Assembly: GCA_046290465.1 (NCBI GenBank)
Contig: JBKAGP010000001.1
Coordinates: 5,376,001 to 5,440,000, forward strand
DNA length: 64,000 nt
Direction: 5' to 3'
Origin: Planctomycetota bacterium
GTDB taxonomy: Bacteria; Planctomycetota; UBA1135; UBA2386
Shown here: piece after piece, positions 10,465 to 20,465 of the stretch
How positions within the stretch are numbered: position 1 is the first letter of the stretch
How the letters are laid out: each line of letters starts with the position of its first letter
Notes under the pieces: model-generated
What the model was told of the DNA's origin: nothing
What the model saw: only the letters and a program-made list of their open reading frames with translations
Databases searched by the model: none
Translations under genes and position numbers: made by a program

Positions 10465-11838
10465 CTACCGGATGTCGAGGTTCTGCTCGACCTTGCCTCC
10501 GCCCTTGCCGATCTCGAACGTGCGTTCGCTGCGCTTGAGCTGCAGCAGCTTCTCGAACGGATTCTCGGCGCCGTCGCCCTCGACGAAGCCGGTGATCTTG
10601 TAGGTGCCCGCGGGCAGCCGCGTCGGCGCGCGATAGCGGCCCTCGGCGTCGGAGCGCACCCGCCACGTCTTCGGCGTCTTGCCCTTGCCGACCACGGTCG
10701 AGATCTGGATCGCGACACCGGCGAGCGGCTTGCCGCCCTTGCGCACGACGCCGTTCACGACCGCGCCGGGCTCGAGGCGGAACGTCAGCTGCACGTCGCC
10801 GCTGGCGGTCACGTGCACGCCGTCGCGCTGCGAGGCGCAGAACTCGAGGTGCCTGGCGCGCAGCACGTACTCGCCGAGCATCAGCCGGTCGAGGTCGAAC
10901 GAGCCGTCGGCGCGCGTGCGCACGGTCTTTTGCGTGTGCAGGTCGGGCACCAGCCGTTCGAGCAGCTTGGCGAACGGATTGTGCCCGGCCAGGTCCGGAC
11001 CGCGCTGCGGGGCTGCGGTGGCGACCTCGGCGCCGGCGACCGGCTTGCCCTGGTCGTCGAGCACGACGCCGCGGACGCGGCCGCCGCGGCTCATCGTGAC
11101 GACGAGATCGACGTCGTCTCCGCCGACGACGAACGGCGCCGAGATCGTGCGCGCGTGCATGCGGTCGGTGACCACGACCACGTAGCGGCCCGGCCACAGC
11201 CCTTCGATCCGCGTGAAGTCGCCTTCGAAGTCGCGCGGATGGCGCGCGACGTCGCGCAGCGTGTCGACGACGCCGAAGCGCTCCTTCGGTGCGTTGCGTT
11301 GTCCGGCCAGCGCGTCCTGGTTCTTGGTCGCCGTCAGCACCTGCACGCGGAAGTCCTGGACCGGGCCGCCATTCTGGTCGAGCACGCGCAGCCGCATCGA
11401 CAAAGGGCCGGGCTCGCGACGGGCGTTGCCGATGTCGTTCAGCGGGATCTCGACGTCGACCTGCCTGCGGCCGCCCTTCGGGTCCTGCTCCTGCTTCGGT
11501 GCGGGTTTCGGATCCTGCTCGTCGGCGGGCTCCGGCTGCTGCACGGTCTGCGCGGTCCCCGGACCGTCGTGCGGGTCCTGCTGCGTGCTCCAGATCGTGC
11601 CGGTGACGGCGCCGATGCCGAGCAGCACCACGGCAGCGGCGAGCAGCGGGCGCGACGTCGTGTGCGTGGATGCGGGCGTCGACGCGAGCTGGGCGGCCAC
11701 GTCGGCGGCGTCGCCGCGGGCGTAGCGCTCGGCGACGGTGCGGGTCAGGTCCGGCGGGGCCGCGTGGCCGACCCGTTCGCGCAGCAGCGCGTCGATCGGG
11801 GCTTCGCCGGGGCGGAGTTGGTCGTGTGGATCGGTCAT
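10465..11838 (-). CDS. Membrane-anchored protein with carboxypeptidase-regulatory-like domains; candidate anti-sigma factor
   Basis: Short cytoplasmic N-terminus (IDALLRE), one TM helix ([14 protein letters not shown]), extracytoplasmic beta-repeats; starts 6 nt after the ECF sigma stop. Confidence 0.65.
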   Translation of the reverse strand: MTDPHDQLRPGEAPIDALLRERVGHAAPPDLTRTVAERYARGDAADVAAQLASTPASTHTTSRPLLAAAVVLLGIGAVTGTIWSTQQDPHDGPGTAQTVQQPEPADEQDPKPAPKQEQDPKGGRRQVDVEIPLNDIGNARREPGPLSMRLRVLDQNGGPVQDFRVQVLTATKNQDALAGQRNAPKERFGVVDTLRDVARHPRDFEGDFTRIEGLWPGRYVVVVTDRMHARTISAPFVVGGDDVDLVVTMSRGGRVRGVVLDDQGKPVAGAEVATAAPQRGPDLAGHNPFAKLLERLVPDLHTQKTVRTRADGSFDLDRLMLGEYVLRARHLEFCASQRDGVHVTASGDVQLTFRLEPGAVVNGVVRKGGKPLAGVAIQISTVVGKGKTPKTWRVRSDAEGRYRAPTRLPAGTYKITGFVEGDGAENPFEKLLQLKRSERTFEIGKGGGKVEQNLDIR

Positions 11839-11844
11839 CGGATG

Positions 11845-12471
11845 TCAGCGGGTGGTGGTTCGGTCGAGGCCCTGATCGCCAGAACCCGGATCGCCAGAAC
11901 GCAGATCGCCAGAAGCCGGATCGCCAGAAGCCGGATCGCAACCCTGGGCGTCGAGACGGCGCCGCACGCACTGGCGCAGCTTGTCGCGGATGCGGCGCAG
12001 CGCCTGCTTGACGCCGGCTTCGGTCACGCCGAGCGCCGTCGCGGTCACGGCGCGCGGCTCGTCGTGCTCGTAGCGGCGGGCGATCAGGTCGCGGTCGCGG
12101 GCGGCCAGCGTCAGCAGGCAGCGGTTGAGCGCCGTCAGCGCCGCGGCGCCGCCGTCATCGTCGCCACCGAGGTCGACCCAGGCGTGCTCGAGTTCGTCGA
12201 GGTCGTGCCACTGCGGGTGCCGTCGCTCGCTGCGCAGGCGCATCAAGAACAGGTTCTTCGCGGCGCGGCGCAGCCAGCGGCTGGCGTCGGCGTGCGGCAG
12301 TTCGGGGATGCCTTCGTGCAGCGCCGCCAGCAGCGCGTCCTGGCAGTGCTCGTCGGCGTGCTGCGCGTCGCAGCCGAGCGCGCGCAGCCACCGCCAGACG
12401 CCGGCCTGATGCCGTTCGACGAAGGCGTCGAGCGCGGTGCTGTGCGGTGGGGTTGCGATGGCGTGGTTCAT
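11845..12471 (-). CDS. ECF-type RNA polymerase sigma-70 factor
   Basis: Region 2 (FVERHQAGVWRWLRALG...ADEHCQDALL...WLRRAAKN) and region 4 (TATALGVTEAGVKQALRRIRDKL). Confidence 0.88.
   Translation of the reverse strand: MNHAIATPPHSTALDAFVERHQAGVWRWLRALGCDAQHADEHCQDALLAALHEGIPELPHADASRWLRRAAKNLFLMRLRSERRHPQWHDLDELEHAWVDLGGDDDGGAAALTALNRCLLTLAARDRDLIARRYEHDEPRAVTATALGVTEAGVKQALRRIRDKLRQCVRRRLDAQGCDPASGDPASGDLRSGDPGSGDQGLDRTTTR
11874..11939. repeat. 15-bp tandem repeat (about 4.4 copies) encoding the (S)GDPA-like tail of the ECF sigma
   Basis: gatcgccagaacccg / gatcgccagaacgca / gatcgccagaagccg / gatcgccagaagccg / gatcgc. Confidence 0.9.
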
Positions 12472-12566
12472 GGACGACGGTCCAGTGTCCGCCTTCGCGC
12501 AAAGGGTACGAGAAATCCGTCGCGGGCCCCCTTCCATCCGGACGGGCGATCGCGTCAGGTGCCCCG

Positions 12567-13112
12567 ATGGCAGCGATCCGGTCGATCTGCGTCTATTGCG
12601 GCTCCCAGAACGGGCGCGACCCGGCCTACGTGCAGGCGGCCGAGGCGATGGGCGACGCGCTGGCCGATCGCGGCATCGGGCTGGTGTTCGGTGGCGGCCA
12701 CGTCGGCATGATGGGGCGGATCGCCGATCGCGTGCTGGCGCGCGGCGGGGAGGTCGTCGGCGTGATTCCGAAAGCGCTGATGCGCGCCGAGGTCGCACAC
12801 GACGGGCTGACCGAGCTGCACGTGACCGCCGACATGCACCAGCGCAAGGCGATGATGGCCGACCGTTGCGATGCGTTCGTGACCCTGCCCGGCGGGCTCG
12901 GCACGCTCGAGGAGCTGTTCGAGACGTGGACGTGGCGGCAGCTGCGCTACCACGACAAGCCGATGGGCCTGCTCAACGTCAACGGCTACTACGACGGCCT
13001 GCTGGCCTGGCTCGATCACGCGGTCGCCGACGGCTACGTGCGCTCGCCGTACCGCGACATGCTCGAGGTCGACTGCGACCCGGCAGCGTTGCTGGCCAAG
13101 CTCGGCGCGTAG
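12567..13112 (+). CDS. LOG family protein (TIGR00730-type phosphoribohydrolase)
   Basis: ICVYCGS, LVFGGGHVGMMG, MHQRKAMM, PGGLGTLEE. Confidence 0.93.
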   Translation: MAAIRSICVYCGSQNGRDPAYVQAAEAMGDALADRGIGLVFGGGHVGMMGRIADRVLARGGEVVGVIPKALMRAEVAHDGLTELHVTADMHQRKAMMADRCDAFVTLPGGLGTLEELFETWTWRQLRYHDKPMGLLNVNGYYDGLLAWLDHAVADGYVRSPYRDMLEVDCDPAALLAKLGA

Positions 13113-13122
13113 GCGCGCGCGG

Positions 13123-14976
13123 TCAGGCCCCGATGCTCGGCCTGCGGCTCAGCGCGCGGGCGACTGCGGCCGACAGCGAACGGCTGGTGAACGGCTTCTG
13201 CAGCACTTCGCTGCCGTCGTCGTCGTCCTGGATCGTGCTCTGCGAAGAGCCGGGCAGGTAGCCGGTCATGAACAGCACCGGCAGGTCCGGCTGGCGGGCG
13301 TGCATCTGCCGGGCGAGGTCGCGGCCGCTCATGCCGGGCATCGTCATGTCGGTGATCAGCAGCGCGACCTGCGGGAGTGTTTCGAGCTGCGCCAGCGCCG
13401 GCTCGGCGCCGTCGAACGGCACGACGCGGTAGCCGAGCGCCTCCAGCATGCGCGACACCGCGGCGCGCACGACCGCTTCGTCCTCGACGACGAGGATCGT
13501 CTCGCCATTGCCGGGCGGCACCAGCGGTTGCGGCACGACCACCAGGGTCTCCTCGGCGACCGCCGGGATCAGCACCGAGAACTTCGCGCCGTGGCCGGTG
13601 CCGGTGCGCACGTCGATGGCGCCGCCGAGCTGCGCGACGATGCCGTAGCACGTCGACAGGCCGAGGCCGGTGCCGGACCCGGTCGGCTTGGTCGTGAAGA
13701 ACGGGTCGAAGATGTGCGGCAGCGCGTCGGCGGGGATGCCGGCGCCGTTGTCGCTGACGCGCATCGCGACGTGCCGGCCCGGTTCGCAGCCGAGCTCGCG
13801 GGCGCGCGCCGGCGTGACCTCCTCGTTGCCGACCTCGACGGTGATGCGGCCGCCCTCTGCGACCGCGTCGCGCGCGTTGACGACCAGGTTGAGCAGCACC
13901 TGCTCGAGGTGGCCGCGATCGGCTCGCACGGTCGGCGTGTCGACGTCGACCTCGAGGTGCAGTTCGTAGGCCTCGCCGAGCAGGCGCTCGAGCATCTCCT
14001 GGGTGGCGAGCACGAGCGCCGCGATCGACGTCGGCTGCAGCTGCACGACGTGGCGGCGCGCGAACGCCAGCAGCTTCTGCGTCAGGCGGGCGGCGCGTTC
14101 GCCGGTGTTCTTGATCTGCCGGAGGTCGGCGGCGAGCTGGCTGCCGGGCTCCGCGTCGGCCATCGCCAGCTCGGCGGGGCCGATGATCGCGGTCAGCAGG
14201 TTGTTGAAGTCGTGCGCGATGCCGCCGGCGAGCTGGCCGATCGCCTCCATCTTCTGCGCCTGCCGCAGCTGGCCCTCGAGCGCCCGGCGCTCGGTGACGT
14301 CGCGCGTGATCGCGAGGTGCAGCAGGTCGCCGTCCGGTGCCTTCGGCAGCGGCACCGCGACCGTCTCCATCGAACGGCGGGTGCCGTCCAGGCCGACGAT
14401 GTCGAACGCGAGTTCGCCGCCCTGGCCGCCGCAGACGTCGTCGTTGAACGCGACGAAGCGCTCGCGGTCCTCGGGGGCGATGATGTCGTAGACGCACTGG
14501 CCGATCGCCTCGTCGCGGTCGTTCGCGCCGATCATGCGCAGGCCGGCCTGGTTCATGTCGAGCAGGGTGCCGTCGCTGCCGACGATCTTCACGCACTCGG
14601 GCTCGGCTTCGATGATCGAGTGCAGGAACGAGCTCTTCTCGGCGAGCGCCCTGGCGGTCTCGTGGTGCGCCGAGACGTTGCGGCCGACGGCGACGGTGGC
14701 GTGCTCGCCGATGCGCGTCAGCTGCCAGCTGATCCAGCGTGAGGACTCCGGCACGTGCGTGTCGACGGTGCGCGTCGGGTGCTGCTCGTCGAGCGCGCGC
14801 AGCGCGGTGGCCATCGCCCTGGCGCCGTCGGTGTCGAAGCAGCACAGCAGTTCGGCCGGCGGTTCGATGCCGAGCATCGTCTCGAAGGCGCGGTTGGCGC
14901 GCAGGATGGTGCCGTCCGGCAACAGCTCGCACATCGCGTCCGCGGTGTGCAGGAACAGTCTCTCGTAGTCGCGCAT
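13123..14976 (-). CDS. PAS-domain hybrid sensor histidine kinase/response regulator
   Basis: PAS domains, AHDFNN H-box, [21 protein letters not shown], receiver [10 protein letters not shown]...KPF. Confidence 0.93.
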   Translation of the reverse strand: MRDYERLFLHTADAMCELLPDGTILRANRAFETMLGIEPPAELLCCFDTDGARAMATALRALDEQHPTRTVDTHVPESSRWISWQLTRIGEHATVAVGRNVSAHHETARALAEKSSFLHSIIEAEPECVKIVGSDGTLLDMNQAGLRMIGANDRDEAIGQCVYDIIAPEDRERFVAFNDDVCGGQGGELAFDIVGLDGTRRSMETVAVPLPKAPDGDLLHLAITRDVTERRALEGQLRQAQKMEAIGQLAGGIAHDFNNLLTAIIGPAELAMADAEPGSQLAADLRQIKNTGERAARLTQKLLAFARRHVVQLQPTSIAALVLATQEMLERLLGEAYELHLEVDVDTPTVRADRGHLEQVLLNLVVNARDAVAEGGRITVEVGNEEVTPARARELGCEPGRHVAMRVSDNGAGIPADALPHIFDPFFTTKPTGSGTGLGLSTCYGIVAQLGGAIDVRTGTGHGAKFSVLIPAVAEETLVVVPQPLVPPGNGETILVVEDEAVVRAAVSRMLEALGYRVVPFDGAEPALAQLETLPQVALLITDMTMPGMSGRDLARQMHARQPDLPVLFMTGYLPGSSQSTIQDDDDGSEVLQKPFTSRSLSAAVARALSRRPSIGA

Positions 14977-15048
14977 GAAGGTGCTGACCTGATCTGGCAG
15001 GCAACCGATCCGGCGAGGAGACCGTTGTCCGGTCGTGATGATAGCGCG

Positions 15049-16179
15049 TCAGCGCGTTCCGGACAGCTGCCGGAACGCGGCCAGCCGTTCGGCTTCGAGT
15101 TGGCCGGCTTCGACCGCGGCGCGCACCGCGCAGCCCGGCTCGGCGTCGTGTGCGCAGTCCCGAAACCTGCAGCCGTCGGCGAAGGCCAGCACGTCGGGGA
15201 ACGCCGCGACCGCGTCGGACGTGCCTTCGGCGAGGCCGAACGCGCGCACGCCGGGCGTGTCGATCAGGCGCGTGCCGTCGGCCAGTGTCGTAAGTCGCGA
15301 CGCTGTGGTGGTATGCCGTCCGCGACCGTCTTGGTCGCGGACCGCACCGGTGGCGCGGCCGGCGTCGCCTTCGGCAGGCGGATCGAGGCGGTTGAGCAGC
15401 GTCGACTTGCCGACGCCGCTGTGGCCGACGAACGCGACCGTGCGGGTGCGGACCAGGGCCGCGAGTTCCTCGATGCCGTCGCCGCGGGTCGCCGACGCGA
15501 GCACGATCGGCAGGCCGTTCGCGCGGTGCGGGCGCAGCCTGGACTCGAGCGCGTCGCGTTCGTGTTCGAGGTCGCACTTGTTGACGACGACGGCCAGCGC
15601 CGCGCCGCTGCCGTCGAGCGCGACCAGCAGCCGGTCGATCAGTCCGGTGCGCGGGCGGTCGGCGGTCAGCACCAGCGCGACGACGTCGACGTTGGCGGCC
15701 AGCACGCGGCGGCGTTCTTCGTTGCCCGGGTCGGTGCGCACCAGCTCGCTGCGGCGCTCGGCGACCTCGACGACGACCGGGTCGGCGTCGTCCTGCTCGA
15801 ACAGCGTGACCTCGTCGCCGACGGCGACCGAGGTCTGCTGGGTCCTGGCGAGCTCGGGCGCGAGCACGGCGCGACGTTCGCCGTCGGTGGTGGCGACGAC
15901 GCATCGGCCGCGCGACAGCCAGACGACGGTGCCCTGCAGCTGCGCGCTGTTGGGGGTGACCTTTGGCTGGCGGGCCTCGGCCGACAGCACCCGCTCGCGC
16001 CGACGGATCTTCTCGAAGCCGCCGTCGACGTCGGGGTCGCCACGCCGGCGCTTGCGATCGGCCTTGCCGCGAGTCTTGCGCGCATCGGCGATCTGCTGCT
16101 CCTCCTCGCGCGAACGCCAGTGCTTGCTGGCCTTCAGGTAGCGCTGCACGGTGCGCTTCTTGTCGTTGGGATCGGTCAT
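15049..16179 (-). CDS. rsgA: Ribosome small subunit-dependent GTPase A
   Basis: OB-fold (VAVGDEV), ANVD, NKCD, GHSGVGKSTLLN, GRHTT, DTPG, CRFRDCAH-EPGC zinc finger. Confidence 0.93.
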   Translation of the reverse strand: MTDPNDKKRTVQRYLKASKHWRSREEEQQIADARKTRGKADRKRRRGDPDVDGGFEKIRRRERVLSAEARQPKVTPNSAQLQGTVVWLSRGRCVVATTDGERRAVLAPELARTQQTSVAVGDEVTLFEQDDADPVVVEVAERRSELVRTDPGNEERRRVLAANVDVVALVLTADRPRTGLIDRLLVALDGSGAALAVVVNKCDLEHERDALESRLRPHRANGLPIVLASATRGDGIEELAALVRTRTVAFVGHSGVGKSTLLNRLDPPAEGDAGRATGAVRDQDGRGRHTTTASRLTTLADGTRLIDTPGVRAFGLAEGTSDAVAAFPDVLAFADGCRFRDCAHDAEPGCAVRAAVEAGQLEAERLAAFRQLSGTR

Positions 16180-17789
16180 CGCTCGCCGATGCACAGCAGT
16201 TCGCGCGCCGTGCGGTGGAACAGCAGGCCCGCAGCGTAGCTGACCGAGTTGGCGGTCCAGGTCTCGCCGAGCGGGCCGAGGTCGTTGATCGCGACGAGCT
16301 GCGGATGGTCGTCCCCGCTGGCGTCGACGACGTAGACGATGCCGGTCGCCATCGTGAAGTAGAGGTGGTCGTTGACGCGGGTCGGGCTGCCGTTGAAGAC
16401 CCAGTCCCAGCCGTCCCAGCGGCTGCGCGGGTCGCCGGTGACCTCCTCGCCGCGGCTGTTGACGGCCTTGGCCGAGAGCTTCTCGCGCCAGCGCAGGCCG
16501 TCGTCGTCGTGGTCGTAGCTGGTCGGCAACTCGCGGTAGAACACGACCGGCGAACGGTCCGTGTCGGGGTCGGGGTCGATCGCCGCGACGCACCATGGCG
16601 CGCCGAGCGTCGGCTTGCCCCACGCGGTGGCGTAGCACTGGAAGTAGACGCGGCCGTTGGCGGCGTGCATCGAGTAGCGGATCGGGAACACGCCCCGTTC
16701 GAGCGTCGTGGTCGTGGCGGCGGGGTCGTCGTGTTCGCGCAGGGAGACGCCGTCGGTCAACGAGATCTCGCCGCGCGGCTCGCCGGTGGCGACGTCGAGC
16801 ACGACCAGCAGGTTGCGCGGCTGCTTGAGCAGCCAGTAGGCGAAGCGGTCGTCCGCAGCCATCGTCTGCAGCGCGGCCTCGTGGTTGCCGCGCGGATCCT
16901 CGTAGCGCCAGACGGCACGGCCTGCGTCGGGGCCGGTCAGCCGCGTCAGCGACAGGCCGACCGGACGTTCGGGCACGGCGTGCGGGCCGCCGCGGCCGTG
17001 CAGCGCGCACGGGCCGGACGCGGTCGTGACCAGCGTCGGCGCGTTGTAGTGGGTCAGCGCGTCCTCGCTGCGCCACAGTTCTGCGCCGGTCGCGGCGTCG
17101 AGGCCGACCAGCAGGTTCCACGGCTTGTCTCGGCCCTCGACGGCGAACGGCTCCATGTGCACCAGCGTGCGCGCGTCCTCGCCGCGGTGCGGGTCGGGGA
17201 CCAGGAACGGCTCGAACTGCTTGTTGAACGGGCCGTCGAAGGTCGGGGTGAACGTTCGTGTCCAGACCTGCGCACCGTCGTGCGTGAAGCAGGTCACGGT
17301 GCCGCCGGCGTTGGTGAACCAGACGTGTTGGTCGTCGGCGCACGGGGACGCGCTGGTCGCGTCCGAGAACGGGTAGCTGTAGATCGACGGCACTTCGCCG
17401 GCGATGCGGCGGGTCCACAGGATCGCGCCGGTGTCGGCGTCGAGGCAGTGCGCGTCGATGTGCTTGCCGACGACCTCGCGCTTCTCGATCGCGTGCGCAT
17501 ACTTGCTGGCGTCGGCCTCGCTCAGGCCGGCGCCGGTCCACGGTGAAAGCGTCGCGACGAACACGCGGCCGTTCTGCACCGCGATGCCGCCCTGGCCGGT
17601 CTCGGGCAGGGGCGTTCGCCAGCGGATGTTGCGTCCGGTCGTGCCCGAGAAGCGCAGCGGCGGCGCTTCGCCCTGTGCGGTCCAGTCGCCGTCGGGCCCG
17701 GCGCCCTGCGGCCAGCCGGTGATCGTGGCGGGGGCGGCGCAGGCGGCGACGACCAGCGGGAGCAGCGAGGCGAGGCGGAGCACGTGCAT
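16176..17789 (-). CDS. PQQ-binding-like beta-propeller lipoprotein
   Basis: Lipobox VAAC; NIRWRTPLP, CLDADTGAILW, GLDAATGAELW; planctomycete-type C-terminus. Confidence 0.8.
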   Translation of the reverse strand: MHVLRLASLLPLVVAACAAPATITGWPQGAGPDGDWTAQGEAPPLRFSGTTGRNIRWRTPLPETGQGGIAVQNGRVFVATLSPWTGAGLSEADASKYAHAIEKREVVGKHIDAHCLDADTGAILWTRRIAGEVPSIYSYPFSDATSASPCADDQHVWFTNAGGTVTCFTHDGAQVWTRTFTPTFDGPFNKQFEPFLVPDPHRGEDARTLVHMEPFAVEGRDKPWNLLVGLDAATGAELWRSEDALTHYNAPTLVTTASGPCALHGRGGPHAVPERPVGLSLTRLTGPDAGRAVWRYEDPRGNHEAALQTMAADDRFAYWLLKQPRNLLVVLDVATGEPRGEISLTDGVSLREHDDPAATTTTLERGVFPIRYSMHAANGRVYFQCYATAWGKPTLGAPWCVAAIDPDPDTDRSPVVFYRELPTSYDHDDDGLRWREKLSAKAVNSRGEEVTGDPRSRWDGWDWVFNGSPTRVNDHLYFTMATGIVYVVDASGDDHPQLVAINDLGPLGETWTANSVSYAAGLLFHRTARELLCIGER

Positions 17790-17892
17790 GGCCGCGGCAG
17801 CATACGCGGCCAGAGACGATCTGCCGCAACGCACCGACCGTTCGAGCTGGTCCGCGAGCCTTGCGCCCGGAACGGAACTCCCGGAGCCAGGT

Positions 17893-19437
17893 TCACGGAC
17901 GGAGTCTGGCTTGGATGGCTTTGGAGGTGGGGGTGATCGAGAGGCCGCCGAGGGCGGTGCAGCGCAGTTCTCTGGCCATGCTCTCGCTGACCTCGCGGTG
18001 GGCGTCGAGCACCTCGTCGAGCGGGATCAGGTGGTCGTAGCCGGCGAGCGCCATGTTGGCGGAGACCAGGGCGTTCGAGGCGCCGGCGATGTTGCGGCCC
18101 AGGCACGGCGCCTCGACGCGGTTGGCGACCGGATCGCAGATCAGGCCCAGCACGTTCTGCAGTGCGTGGCTGGCGGCCGACAGCGCCTGCGCGGCGGTGC
18201 CGCCGCCGAGTTCGACCAGCGCGGCCGCGGCCATCGCAGCACCGGCACCGGTCTCGGCCTGGCAGCCACCGACCTCGGCGGCGAAGCTCGAGCGGGTCGT
18301 GACGAACACGCCGATCAGCCCGGCCGACAGCATCGCGCGCAGCGTGCGCTCCTCGTCCGCCTGCACCGATTCGGCCGCGGCGAGGCAGGTCGCCGGGAAC
18401 GTCGCGCACGAGCCGGCGGTGGGGGCGGCGACGATCACGCCCATCGAACTCTTGGTCTCCATCAGCGCGGTGACGTAGAGGATCGCCTGGTTGAGCATGC
18501 CGCCGTCGAGCAGTTGGCCCTGGTCCATCATCTGCCGGAAGCGGTGGCTCTGCTGCGGCAGGATGCGGTCGGCGTAGTCGGTGCCGGCCAGGCCGTTCTC
18601 GACGCCCTGCCGGACGATCTGCAGGATGTGCCGCATGCGATCGAGCACCCCGGCGTCGTCGAGGCCGCCGCGGGCGCGCTCGTACTCGAGCGCGAAGTCC
18701 GACAGCGGCCCGGCCTTCGGATCGCGGCCCTGCAGCATCTCCGAGGCGTGCAAGAACGGCACCTCGAGTCCCTGGCGCGAGCGCACCGGCAGCACTGCGC
18801 CGAGGCGCCGCACCCGCTGCACGCCCGGCAGGCCGCGCACGGTCGCGTCGTCGACGAACGTCTGGCCGCTGACGACGACCAGCGCCGGGTCGTTGCCGGT
18901 AGCGAGCACGGCGTCGAAGTCGGCGCGCAGCCGTTCGCAGAGCGCGGTGCCGTCGCCGTCGACCTCGAGCAGCGTCACGTCGTAGTCGCCGAACAGCGAC
19001 ACCGCGTGGCCGTCGATCTCGAGCACCTCGATCATGCCGCCGCCGGTCGAGATCGCGACCAGGCGGTGCTCGACGCCGCCCTTGTGCAGCGTCAGCCGAT
19101 AGGTGTTGGGGTGCGGATCGTGCAGCTCGACGTAGCGGATCTCGAGATCGACGCCGGCCGCGCGCAGCGCCGCGCCCGAGTCGGGCAGCCGTTCGTCGTC
19201 GGCCTGCCAGCCGAGCAGGCCGCCGAACAGGCCCATGTCGGAGCCCTGGCTCTCGTGGGTCGTCGGCAGCGAGCCGTGTGTGTCGAACTCGACCAGCACG
19301 CGTTCGGGATCGCCGCCGCACAGGTCGCGCGCCAGCCGGCCGATGCGCACCGACGCGGCCGAGTGCGAACTCGACGGCCCGCGCATCACCGGGCCGACGA
19401 CGTCGTTGAAGATGCTCGGAGGCAGCTTGGTCGGCAT
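17893..19437 (-). CDS. Fe-S-dependent L-serine ammonia-lyase, fused beta-(ACT-like)-alpha chain
   Basis: GPVMRGPSSSH, ISTGGG, IVAAPTAGSC, AEVGGCQAE, GLICDPVANRVEAPC, LRCTALGGL. Confidence 0.9.
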   Translation of the reverse strand: MPTKLPPSIFNDVVGPVMRGPSSSHSAASVRIGRLARDLCGGDPERVLVEFDTHGSLPTTHESQGSDMGLFGGLLGWQADDERLPDSGAALRAAGVDLEIRYVELHDPHPNTYRLTLHKGGVEHRLVAISTGGGMIEVLEIDGHAVSLFGDYDVTLLEVDGDGTALCERLRADFDAVLATGNDPALVVVSGQTFVDDATVRGLPGVQRVRRLGAVLPVRSRQGLEVPFLHASEMLQGRDPKAGPLSDFALEYERARGGLDDAGVLDRMRHILQIVRQGVENGLAGTDYADRILPQQSHRFRQMMDQGQLLDGGMLNQAILYVTALMETKSSMGVIVAAPTAGSCATFPATCLAAAESVQADEERTLRAMLSAGLIGVFVTTRSSFAAEVGGCQAETGAGAAMAAAALVELGGGTAAQALSAASHALQNVLGLICDPVANRVEAPCLGRNIAGASNALVSANMALAGYDHLIPLDEVLDAHREVSESMARELRCTALGGLSITPTSKAIQARLRP

Positions 19438-19439
19438 CG

Positions 19440-20465
19440 CTACTTGTAGTGGCTGACGGGGCGCGGCCGGACGCCGAGCTTGTCGTATTGGAAGCCGCCC
19501 TCGAGCGGCTGGTAGTCGCCGACGATCTCGACGTTGAGGTCGGCCGTGATCTTGTCCTCGCGGCCGACGCACCACAGCGCGGCGTTGAGCGTCAGGCGGC
19601 GCAGGCCGGCCGACTGGTAGTCGCGCGCGCTGCCCATCGTGACGTGGAACACGCGCGCCGTCCTGCCGAGGTTGCCGGTCCAGCTGTTGGTCCACGCGAT
19701 CGGCAAAGGCGGCTTCTTCGGGTTGGGTTCGGCGTCCTTCTCGAGCGTCTTCAGCGGCTGGCCGAGCAGCAGCGGCGTGCACGAGGCCGGCAGGGACTTG
19801 CCCTTGTCGAACATCCGGTAGACGTCGGTGGGCCCCCAGACGTCGTCGACCCCGCGCAGGATCGGGTGATCCTTGTTGGCCTCGACGACGATGCCGCGCG
19901 TCGACTCACGGTGCCAGCCGCCGTAGTGGCCGCGGAACGCGCCGCCGAGCACGTCGTCGCCGAAGCGCACCCGCTTGCCGTCCTTCTGGTAGGTCCAGTT
20001 GCCGCGGAAGCCGTGGTTGGCGGTGCGGATGCCGAGGATCGGCTTGCCCGAGTCGAGGTAGGTGTCGAGGTGCGCGAGCTGCTCGTCGGGCAGCTTCATG
20101 AACCGCGTGAACACGATCGCGAGGTCGGCGTCGGCGAGCAGGTGCATGCCGGGAATCGTCTGGAACGCCTTGGGGTCCTTCGGCGGCGCCTCCTCGGTCG
20201 GGTCGACCATGCCGTTGCGCTGGCCGAACAGCACGGTGGTCTCGAAGCCGTGCCGTTCGGCGAGCAGCTTCGCCATCATCGGCATCGACTGCTCGGCGCG
20301 GTACTCCTGCTCGGCGGCGATGAGGACGACGTGCAGGCCCTTGCCGACGCCCTTCGTGCCCTGGTAGTGGAGCCACTGCGGCTCCTGGCGGTCGGCGGCG
20401 GCGTCCTGGGCCGGAACGGCCGCGAGCGCGAGCGCTGCGGCGACGACGGTGCGGAGGGCGTTCAC
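19440..20465 (-). CDS. Secreted ThuA-like domain protein
   Basis: GTG start overlapping upstream stop; HVVLIAAEQEYRAE, ADLAIVFTRF, GIRTANHGF, HPILRGV, VFHVTMG. Confidence 0.78.
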   Translation of the reverse strand: MNALRTVVAAALALAAVPAQDAAADRQEPQWLHYQGTKGVGKGLHVVLIAAEQEYRAEQSMPMMAKLLAERHGFETTVLFGQRNGMVDPTEEAPPKDPKAFQTIPGMHLLADADLAIVFTRFMKLPDEQLAHLDTYLDSGKPILGIRTANHGFRGNWTYQKDGKRVRFGDDVLGGAFRGHYGGWHRESTRGIVVEANKDHPILRGVDDVWGPTDVYRMFDKGKSLPASCTPLLLGQPLKTLEKDAEPNPKKPPLPIAWTNSWTGNLGRTARVFHVTMGSARDYQSAGLRRLTLNAALWCVGREDKITADLNVEIVGDYQPLEGGFQYDKLGVRPRPVSHYK

